From: Candidatus Latescibacterota bacterium
GTDB lineage: Bacteria; Latescibacterota; UBA2968; UBA8231
Reading direction: 5' to 3'
DNA: 64,000 nt
Assembly: GCA_965219385.1 (NCBI GenBank)
Contig: CBDCNM010000001.1
Span: 360,631-424,630 of the forward strand
The position numbers and the translations under genes were made by a program. The notes below the pieces were generated by a model. The model was given only the letters and a program-made list of their open reading frames with translations. It was not told where the DNA came from and did no database searches. This document shows positions 30,575-38,340 of this stretch, one piece after another. Position 1 is the first letter of the stretch. The number at the start of each line of letters is the position of its first letter.

Positions 30575-31987
30575 ATGGGCTCGACTAATCGAGAAGACGA
30601 GTGGGTTGCCCATTTTCGCCTACAACCCTATCCCGGCTACAAGCCCTCCGGCGTCGAGTGGCTGGGCGACGTGCCGGCGCATTGGGAGGTGCGACGGCTT
30701 CGGAATGCGATAGATATGCGGGTAAGCAACGTGGACAAACACGTAAAAGAGGACGAAAATCCGGTCCGTCTTTGCAACTACGTTGATGTCTACAAAAATG
30801 ACTACATCAACGAACAGATGAACTTCATGCAGGCAACTGCTACCTCTGAGGAAATAGAGCGTTTCCGGCTTGAGAAAGATGATATCCTCATCACCAAGGA
30901 CTCCGAGACGTGGGATGACATTGGAGTGCCAGCATTGGTCACTGAGCCGGCCTCCGATCTTATTTCAGGCTATCACTTGGCCTTGTTGCGCCCAAGAGCT
31001 GATGAGCTTGTTGGCGGCTATTTGCTTCGTGCTTTGCAGAGCAAGGGTCTGGCTTATCAGTTCCATATCGAGGCGAAAGGCGTAACCAGATATGGACTTT
31101 CCCACGCTGGCATCAAATCGGTGTGGCTTCCTCTCCCGCCCCTCCCCGAACAAACCGCCATCGTCCGCTATCTCGACCACGTCAACGAATGCATCCGTCG
31201 CTACATCAGCGGCAAGCAAAAGCTCATCCGGCTGCTGGAGGAAGAAAAGCAGGCCGTCATCAACCACGCCGTCACTCGTGGCCTCGACCCCAACGTCCGC
31301 CTCAAGTCCTCGGGTGTCGAGTGGCTGGGCGACGTGCCAGCGCATTGGGAGGTGCGGCGACTACGCTACTTGGTCAAAGGAAAGCTGACATACGGTGCCA
31401 ATGCTGCAGCTGAGTATACAGACCCTGATTGGCCTCGCTATTTGCGAATCACAGATTTCGATCAGGACGGAGTGCTCAAGAGCAATACGTTTCGATCTCT
31501 GCTCCCAGAGGTGGCGAAAGATTACTTGGTTCAACCCGGAGATCTCCTGTTGGCACGAAGTGGTGCCACAGTGGGAAAAGCATTCTTAGTTCCGGCAGAT
31601 GCTGGCGAAGCGTGTTATGCTGGCTACTTGATTCGTGCCCGACCGCACCATGCACTAATCGAACCGTACTTTTTGTTCTCATTCACCCAAAGTACAGGCT
31701 TTACTCGTTGGAAGGATTCGACATTTATTGTTTCCACAATTGAGAACATCAGTGCCGAAAAGTATGCTGATTTGCACGTTCCGTGTCCCCCGTTATCAGA
31801 ACAGTCACAGATTATTCACTACCTCGACAAGGCAACCGCCGCCATCGACGCCGCCATCAGCCGCGCCCGGCGCCAAATCGAGTTGCTGCAGGAATACCAC
31901 ACCCGCCTGATTGCCGACGTGGTCACCGGCCAACTGGACGTGCGCGGGGCAGCGGCCAATCTGCCCCTTCGAGCGCCCAGAAGATAA
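30575..31987 (+). CDS. hsdS: Type I RM specificity subunit HsdS
   Basis: Two SGVEWLGDVPAHWEVRRL repeats, PPLPEQ / PPLSEQ, LIADVVTGQLDV. Confidence 0.92.
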   Translation: MGSTNREDEWVAHFRLQPYPGYKPSGVEWLGDVPAHWEVRRLRNAIDMRVSNVDKHVKEDENPVRLCNYVDVYKNDYINEQMNFMQATATSEEIERFRLEKDDILITKDSETWDDIGVPALVTEPASDLISGYHLALLRPRADELVGGYLLRALQSKGLAYQFHIEAKGVTRYGLSHAGIKSVWLPLPPLPEQTAIVRYLDHVNECIRRYISGKQKLIRLLEEEKQAVINHAVTRGLDPNVRLKSSGVEWLGDVPAHWEVRRLRYLVKGKLTYGANAAAEYTDPDWPRYLRITDFDQDGVLKSNTFRSLLPEVAKDYLVQPGDLLLARSGATVGKAFLVPADAGEACYAGYLIRARPHHALIEPYFLFSFTQSTGFTRWKDSTFIVSTIENISAEKYADLHVPCPPLSEQSQIIHYLDKATAAIDAAISRARRQIELLQEYHTRLIADVVTGQLDVRGAAANLPLRAPRR

Positions 31988-32089
31988 GCATTGTTATATG
32001 ATCTACGAGTATATGGAACATGCGTTGAAAGCGCTACTATCGAGGCCGGAGGCACTGGGTATTCGGGCAATCGAAGTGGACATTAGAGT

Positions 32090-32127
32090 CCATACGGACT
32101 GAATTTATGTTAATTCAGTCCGTATGG
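32090..32127. terminator. Perfect 16-bp inverted repeat followed by T-rich tract
   Basis: CCATACGGACTGAATT-tatgtt-AATTCAGTCCGTATGG then TGTTTTT. Confidence 0.5.
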
Positions 32128-32152
32128 TGTTTTTCCCCAAGAAAGGAAATCC

Positions 32153-32533
32153 ATGAAACGGCAGAACATCTCAACCCACAGACCGTTTGAAGAGGAATAC
32201 GCCTATTCGCGGGCGGTGCGCGTCGGCGATCAAATCCACGTGGCCGGTACCTGTGCCCAGCCACCGCACGACGAGGGAGATGCCTACGAACAGGCGACGG
32301 CCGCCCTCGACATTATCGGCGCGGCGCTGGCGGAAGCGAGGGCCGGCTTCGCAGACGTGGTGCGGACGGTGGTCTATGTAACCGATATGTCGGATATGAA
32401 GGAAGTGGCGCGGGCCCATCGCGAGCGCTTCGCCGACGTCATGCCGGCTTCCACGCTGGTTCAGGTAGCGGCGTTGGGCAGGCCCAACCTGTGCATCGAG
32501 ATCGAGGCATACGCTATTGTGACGGAGGGATGA
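32153..32533 (+). CDS. RidA/YjgF-family protein
   Basis: YSRAVRVG, VAGT, DVVRT, PASTLVQV, IEIEA. Confidence 0.9.
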   Translation: MKRQNISTHRPFEEEYAYSRAVRVGDQIHVAGTCAQPPHDEGDAYEQATAALDIIGAALAEARAGFADVVRTVVYVTDMSDMKEVARAHRERFADVMPASTLVQVAALGRPNLCIEIEAYAIVTEG

Positions 32534-32574
32534 TCCGGCGGTGGAGCCGGAACGAACACCAGAGAGAGGACTCC

Positions 32575-33816
32575 GTGGGTCATACTAGCGAGATACGGGT
32601 CGGCGTCGTCGGGGTGCGGCGCGGCGAGAGCTTCATCAAGGGAGCCACCGATGCGGTGGGGATGAAGCTGGTCGCTATCTGCGACGTGTGGGAGGAGCGC
32701 CTGCAGGCTGCGGGTCGCACCTACGGCGTGGCGACCTTCACCGACTACGACGCCTTCCTGGGCTACGACCTGGATGCGGTCATCCTGGCCAACTACTTCC
32801 ACGAGCACGCACCGTTTGCAGTCAAGGCGCTGGACGCCGGCAAGCACGTGCTCTCGGAGACGGCGGCCAACGGCACGATCGCCGATGGCGTGGCGCTCTG
32901 CCGGGCGGTGGAGCGCTCGGGACGCATCTACATGCTCGCCGAGAACTACTGCTACACGCTCTTCAGCCAGGAGATGCGCAGGCTGTACCAGACCGGCGAG
33001 ATCGGTCGCGTGACCTACGCCGAGGGCGAGTACAACCACCCCATGGCGCCCGACGCGCGCCTGCGGCTGGCTCCCGGCGATCACCACTGGCGGAACTGGC
33101 TGCCCTCCACCTACTACTGCACCCATGCCCTGGCGCCGCTGGTGTACATCACCGGTTCCATGCCCACGATGGTCAACGCCCTGTCTATCGCCGCACCCGA
33201 GATCGACGCGCTCACCGTGCGTCGAGGGGATCCCGGCTCGGTGATCCTGTGCCGCACGGATGACGGCGCGGTGTTCCGCATCTTCGGGCTGGTGCTACCC
33301 GGACACAGCAACTGGTACCGGGTGCACGGCACGCGGGGGGCGATGGAGATCGCGCGAGGTCCAGGCTACTTCGGACCCGGCCAGGTGCGCGTGTGGCACG
33401 AGGAGTGGAACCACTGGCCCGATCAACCGCTCGAGCGCTTGTACCTCCCCGAATGGCCGGAGCACGCCGAGCTTGCCGAGGGCGCCGGACACGGTGGCGG
33501 GGACTTCTGGACCAACTTTCACTTCGCCCAGGCGATCAGGTCGGGTGAGCCGCCGTTCCTGAATGTGTACCGGGCCGTCGCCATGAGTTCGGCCGGCATC
33601 ATCGCGTGGAGGAGCGCGCTGGAGCAGGGACGCCCGTTCGAGATCCCGGACTTCGCCGATGAGGTGCAGAGAAAGCGGTACCAGGACGACACCTGGTCGC
33701 CGTGGCCGGGAGATTCGCCGCCGGCGCCGCCCAGCATCCTGGCGACGAGGGAGCCCACGCCGGAGGCGAAGTCGCGGGCCAGGATGCTCTGGGAAGAGAT
33801 GGGCTACGGCCGATGA
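32575..33816 (+). CDS. Gfo/Idh/MocA oxidoreductase
   Basis: GTG start after GAGAGGA; RVGVVG, AGKHVLSE, AENY, GHGGGDF. Confidence 0.85.
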   Translation: MGHTSEIRVGVVGVRRGESFIKGATDAVGMKLVAICDVWEERLQAAGRTYGVATFTDYDAFLGYDLDAVILANYFHEHAPFAVKALDAGKHVLSETAANGTIADGVALCRAVERSGRIYMLAENYCYTLFSQEMRRLYQTGEIGRVTYAEGEYNHPMAPDARLRLAPGDHHWRNWLPSTYYCTHALAPLVYITGSMPTMVNALSIAAPEIDALTVRRGDPGSVILCRTDDGAVFRIFGLVLPGHSNWYRVHGTRGAMEIARGPGYFGPGQVRVWHEEWNHWPDQPLERLYLPEWPEHAELAEGAGHGGGDFWTNFHFAQAIRSGEPPFLNVYRAVAMSSAGIIAWRSALEQGRPFEIPDFADEVQRKRYQDDTWSPWPGDSPPAPPSILATREPTPEAKSRARMLWEEMGYGR

Positions 33817-33847
33817 CGGAATGATGGTAATCAAGGGGGGATTGTTA

Positions 33848-34333
33848 ATGGACAACAAAAAGGACTGGCGCAATCACGGGGTGCGGGTGGTGACGAGTGA
33901 TCGGTTGGATTTTAATACGCCACAGACATCGGGGATGACGCGTGCAGCGGCGATCAATTGTGCAAGTGCGGGCGCTGAAAAGCTCTGGGCAGGTACGGTT
34001 GAGATTCATCCCAATGCAAAGACTGGAGCGCACCATCACGGAGCATTGGAAAGTGTGATCTATGTGGTGCGCGGCAAGGCGCGAATGCGGTGGGGCGATC
34101 AACTGGAGTATGTGGCAGAAGCAGGGCCGGGTGATTTTATCTATGTGCCGCCTTATGTGCCGCATCAGGAGATCAATGCCAGTCAGGATGAACCTTTGGA
34201 ATGCGTGCTGGTGCGCAGCGATCAGGAGCCTGTGGTCGTGAATCTGGATATTCTGGCTGTTGAAGCACCTGAAGAAGTGTATTGGATTGATCCGATCCAT
34301 CCCGATCCGAATCCCCCTACAGGCTCCAACTAA
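33848..34333 (+). CDS. Cupin domain protein
   Basis: TGAHHHGALESVIYV, GDFIYVPPYVPHQEIN. Confidence 0.88.
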   Translation: MDNKKDWRNHGVRVVTSDRLDFNTPQTSGMTRAAAINCASAGAEKLWAGTVEIHPNAKTGAHHHGALESVIYVVRGKARMRWGDQLEYVAEAGPGDFIYVPPYVPHQEINASQDEPLECVLVRSDQEPVVVNLDILAVEAPEEVYWIDPIHPDPNPPTGSN

Positions 34334-34339
34334 CTCGCC

Positions 34340-34468
34340 GCTTCGAGCACCTGGTCCGCTGATGCGCCGTTGCGCCTCGCCCAGGAAGCGGTCCATCACC
34401 TGCTCATCGGCCTCGGTGAAGAGGCGGTCGTAGGTCAGGTATCCATTCTCCCGGTAGAACCGGACCTA
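34340..34468 (-). pseudogene. PhyH-like N-terminal fragment
   Basis: VRFYRENGYLTYDRLF preceded by in-frame TAG. Confidence 0.4.
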
Positions 34469-34854
34469 CTCTCCTTCCTGTCATCCGCTGCCGCCCACGA
34501 CCTGTTTGCGGGCACGGCGTTTGTTCTGAGAAGGGTAACGGGCTCTCCCGGAGCGGAATGACAACTGCCCGACGGGAGCCAACGCCCGTTTTACCAGGGC
34601 TCCAAAGCCGGTCAGCCCGGTTCGGCTTCGCGAGGTGAACATGCTCGGCGTCCAGGCGTGGTCCCAGATCCAGATCGAACATGCTGCATCGAAACGCAAA
34701 ACAACGATTCCAGTTCCCTCGCAACCTGATGAAATCGAAGTAGTCCAGGAACTGGCGAATTCTAAGGGCATTGATTCTGCGGATTTGATCCGGGAATGGA
34801 TTCTCGAAAGAATTGGGATTTCTTGATCTCTAGCGGGATATTGGTTCAGTTTTC

Positions 34855-37026
34855 TTGCCGCCAGGCTCAAAATCAACTATTGTAGACGAGCAACGCAGAG
34901 GAACGATCGGAAATCGCGTCATAACCGCCGAAATACGGGAACGGGAACAGGCGCGACAGGAGTACCAAGAGGCTATCGAAGAGGGCCGCAGTGCGTCACT
35001 CCTCGAGCAGCAGCGGCCCAACGTATTCCAGATGACCCTGGGCAACATCCTGCCGGGGGATCGCATTTTCGTCGAGTTGAGCTATACCGAAACCCTCGTT
35101 CCCACCGAAGGTGAGTACGAGTTCGTCTATCCGACCGTCGTCGGACCGCGGTACTCGGAGACCCCTCTGGCCGAGGCCGACCCCAGGGACCTGTTCGTAA
35201 CGACGCCGTACACCCATGAGGGGAAGCCGGCGGCCTACGGTTTCGATATCGACGTCGAGTTGACCACCGGGGTGCCGATTCAAGCGCTGTCCTCGATTTC
35301 GCACGACATTGACGTCTCTTACCCGGAGGCCGGTCGAGCCCGGGTTGAGCTGGTCGAGTCGGAAGAGTCCGGCGGCAACCGGGATTACATCCTGCGCTAC
35401 AGCCTGGCGGGGGACCAGATCGAATCCGGCCTGCTGCTCTACGAGGGGGAGGAGGAGAACTTCTTCCTGTTCATGGGCCAGCCGCCGGAGCGTGTCCTCG
35501 AGGAGGAGATTCCCCCGCGGGAGTACATATTCGTGGTCGACGTATCCGGATCGATGAGCGGCTATCCGCTTGACGTCTCCAAGGCGCTGCTCAGGGATCT
35601 GATTGGGCAGCTTCGTCCGACCGACCACTTCAATGTGCTGCTTTTTGCCTGGGGTTCCCTCCTGATGTCGGAACAGTCGCTCCCGGCATCGAACGAGAAC
35701 ATCGAGCTGGCACTCGATGTCATCAATGTCACCGAGGGAGGGGGCGGCACCCGGCTCGGGGCTGCCCTCGAGCGCGCCATGCAGCTGCCGAGAACGAGCG
35801 AGAAGACCTCCCGCTCGATCGTGATCGCCACCGACGGGTACATCGACGTGGAAGCGGAGGTGTTCGACCTGATCAGGGACAATCTCGGAGATGCGAACGT
35901 CTTCGCCTTCGGCATCGGTACCAGCGTCAACCGCTTCCTGATCGAAGGTATAGCGCGCATGGGATTTGGCGAGCCGTTCGTCGTTGCGCAAGAGTCCGAG
36001 GCGAAAGACACTGCCGCCCGGTTCCGGGAGTACATCCGCACGCCCGTTCTTTCGGGAACTACATTCGCGGCCGAAGGATTCGAAATCTACGAAGTGGAGC
36101 CGGCCTCCATTCCGGACCTGCTGGCGGAGCGTCCGGTCGTGGTCTACGGGAAATGGCGAGGGGATCTGCAAGGCACCGTGTCGCTGCGAGGGCATACGGG
36201 TCTGGGGGAGTACGGCGTCGATATCGATGTTTCGCAGGTGACTCCCGACGAGTCCAACGCGGCGCTCCGCTATCTCTGGGCCCGCCGGCGCATCGCGACC
36301 CTGGGAGACTACGCGGGAGTGGGGCTCGAGGCGCGGGTAAGGAGCCACATCATGGAGCTGGGGCTGACCTACAACCTGCTGACCTCTTACACCTCCTTCG
36401 TTGCGGTGGACCGGGTCGTGCGCAACGATGGCACCGAGCTGTCCAGAGTGGAACAGCCGCTGCCCCTGCCCCAGGGCGTCTCGGATTCGGCCGTCGGCGG
36501 CGGTGGCGGCACCACCACCGCAATCGAAGAACAGCTTGAGACCGCCTCGTGGTTCGGCAAGCACTTCCATCTGACCAGCGGCGTCTGGATCGATTCCGAG
36601 TTCACCTTCGGCGATCCGGTCGTGGAATATACCGCAGTGCAGTCTCCGCCGGCCGAGCTGAAGAGTTTTGCCGTCTTCCAGCGAGACATGATCGTGGTGG
36701 CGGCGGGACAAGCCTATCGGCTGCGGGGACCGGCTCGTCCTACCGCTGCAGTACTGCACCAGAACGCGCCCAACCCATTCAATGCCGAGACCATGATCAA
36801 GATCAGCATTACCGACAGGCACCCCGGGCCGCTGCGTCTGGAGATCTACGATCTGTCCGGGCAGAGGGTGCGGGTCCACACGTGGGCGGGTCTCAGTCCC
36901 GGGGAGCACGCCTTCTCGTGGGATGGCAGGGACGAGCGTGGCAATGCGGTAGGGTCCGGCGTCTACTTCTATCGCCTTTCCACCGTCGGTCATACGGCGG
37001 TGCGGAAGATGCTGCTGTTGAAGTAA
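34855..37026 (+). CDS. VIT-vWA domain protein with C-terminal FlgD Ig-like domain, 5' truncated
   Basis: Begins mid-VIT (AEIREREQARQEY...LLEQQRPNVF); DVSGSM MIDAS; QNAPNPFN...WDGRD...SGVYFY. Confidence 0.8.
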   Translation: MPPGSKSTIVDEQRRGTIGNRVITAEIREREQARQEYQEAIEEGRSASLLEQQRPNVFQMTLGNILPGDRIFVELSYTETLVPTEGEYEFVYPTVVGPRYSETPLAEADPRDLFVTTPYTHEGKPAAYGFDIDVELTTGVPIQALSSISHDIDVSYPEAGRARVELVESEESGGNRDYILRYSLAGDQIESGLLLYEGEEENFFLFMGQPPERVLEEEIPPREYIFVVDVSGSMSGYPLDVSKALLRDLIGQLRPTDHFNVLLFAWGSLLMSEQSLPASNENIELALDVINVTEGGGGTRLGAALERAMQLPRTSEKTSRSIVIATDGYIDVEAEVFDLIRDNLGDANVFAFGIGTSVNRFLIEGIARMGFGEPFVVAQESEAKDTAARFREYIRTPVLSGTTFAAEGFEIYEVEPASIPDLLAERPVVVYGKWRGDLQGTVSLRGHTGLGEYGVDIDVSQVTPDESNAALRYLWARRRIATLGDYAGVGLEARVRSHIMELGLTYNLLTSYTSFVAVDRVVRNDGTELSRVEQPLPLPQGVSDSAVGGGGGTTTAIEEQLETASWFGKHFHLTSGVWIDSEFTFGDPVVEYTAVQSPPAELKSFAVFQRDMIVVAAGQAYRLRGPARPTAAVLHQNAPNPFNAETMIKISITDRHPGPLRLEIYDLSGQRVRVHTWAGLSPGEHAFSWDGRDERGNAVGSGVYFYRLSTVGHTAVRKMLLLK

Positions 37027-37060
37027 TGACAGGGTGAGGGAGCTGAGCGACCGTAAGCCC

Positions 37061-37265
37061 ATGACGAGCCGGATCGAGACTCTAGAAGCGCAGAAATTCC
37101 CAGGTTTCTGGGTGCGCATCGCCAGTGCGGTGATCGACTCATTGGGGTTCGCCTTCGCAACCAGCGTAGCCTTCCTCCTGTTCCTGCATTTCGACGAACG
37201 TTTGAGTACGGAAGCGCTTCTGAAGCTCTTCCTGTTCCTGTGGTTTCCAGCGAGCCTGATCGGCA
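37061..37265 (+). pseudogene. RDD-family N-terminal fragment
   Basis: FPGFWVRIASAVID followed by TM segments, then unrelated sequence. Confidence 0.5.
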
Positions 37266-37269
37266 AAGG

Positions 37270-37750
37270 GCATCGTCCACGGCGTGTCCATCTTGTAGCG
37301 CAGCGGCTCGGTCACGCGGCCTCGTCCGGTGGCCAGGTCGCCGGCCAGGACCCGGGAATCGTGCGCCCGCCCGCGCTCGAGCATCGACCTCAAGGCGGCC
37401 TGGAGTTCGTCCACCTTCCGCGGGGAGATGAAATCCTCGCCCCAGTTCATTGGGGGACTCGCGTCGCCAATGTGAGTGGAAGTAGAGGGTCTCGGGGGTG
37501 TGCTGGACATCCAGGCTGAATTGGATGTCATAGACGAAATGAATTAGGTCTTTCGCGGATTCATTCGCGATGGAAATCCGCGCCGCGGTGCGAAAAGGCA
37601 TCGACACACAGCAGTTGAAGCCCGGCCCTCCGGGTCTGAGAAGAGAGCGCATTCGAAAGGAACTCTGCGCCCGAGGCCGAGACCAAAGAAGTCACCGAGC
37701 GGCGCGGACACGGCGGGAGTCGAAGCGTTGTCCCAGCGGATGTCAAGGCG
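37270..37750 (-). pseudogene. DUF2961 (GH172-like) fragment with frameshifts
   Basis: RLDIRWD...PAVSAPLGDFFG, PEGR, MPFRTAARI, LYFHSHWRR in different frames. Confidence 0.7.
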
Positions 37751-37875
37751 CTGAACGTACGCACGGGTCGGGCAAGGTCTCTGAAGATCGTTTGCCGGTC
37801 CTTCGGCAGGGCTCCCAATACGGTTGGGTTGCCGGTCGACCCGTATCGGAGTCAACCCGGCACTCGAGAGGGCTA
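37741..37875 (+). repeat. Intergenic repeat family copy A
   Basis: Shares TGTCAAGG..ACGCACGGGTCGGGCAAG with 47046 and CTTCGGCAG..GTCAACCCGG with ~49169. Confidence 0.75.
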
Positions 37876-37909
37876 GCCCAGACGGAGACGTCCTGGCATT
37901 GTCCGGCGA

Positions 37910-38340
37910 TTATTCCTCTTTTACGGCGCCCAATCGCACCGCCGGGTTCTCGATTTTTTCTTGGGAGGCGGCGGTAGCGAGTTTTTGGTCGAAGGTCGCC
38001 AGTTTGGCCTTGCGGCGGATGGCCGTCTCTAGGTAGCTAGCGTCGTATATAGTCAGGTCATGGCGTTGTGCAAGGTCTATAACCGCCATTTCGTCGTGTT
38101 CGTCATCCACAGTGGACGAGAAATCTTGGGTAAGTTGAAGCAAGCATTCAGATCGCTTTGTTCGATTCGCCCCCTTTTCATCGCCATTAGTAGGACGTTA
38201 CGCACCTCATACCAGAAAATAGCTGGCGTCGTACAGTCTCCGGCAGGCAAATTTTTTACTATTTCTTTGGCCGATTGATTGTGCTCTTCGTCTTTCAACA
38301 GAGCGGCAATCATCACTGATGCGTCAAGTACGGTAAGCAT
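37910..38340 (-). pseudogene. vapC: VapC PIN toxin with one frameshift (~38140)
   Basis: VLDAS, PAIFWYEVRNVL in one frame; LTIYDASYLETA...LATFDQKL in the -1 frame. Confidence 0.8.

Noticed and set aside
30380..30590. AT-rich spacer with weak inverted similarity, possible MITE
   Set aside because: Arms too degenerate and no clear target duplication
30645..31370. Direct repeat within hsdS
   Set aside because: Normal conserved regions flanking the two TRDs
34996..37266. 756-aa minus-strand ORF
   Set aside because: Antisense shadow of the GC-rich VIT-vWA gene; no motifs
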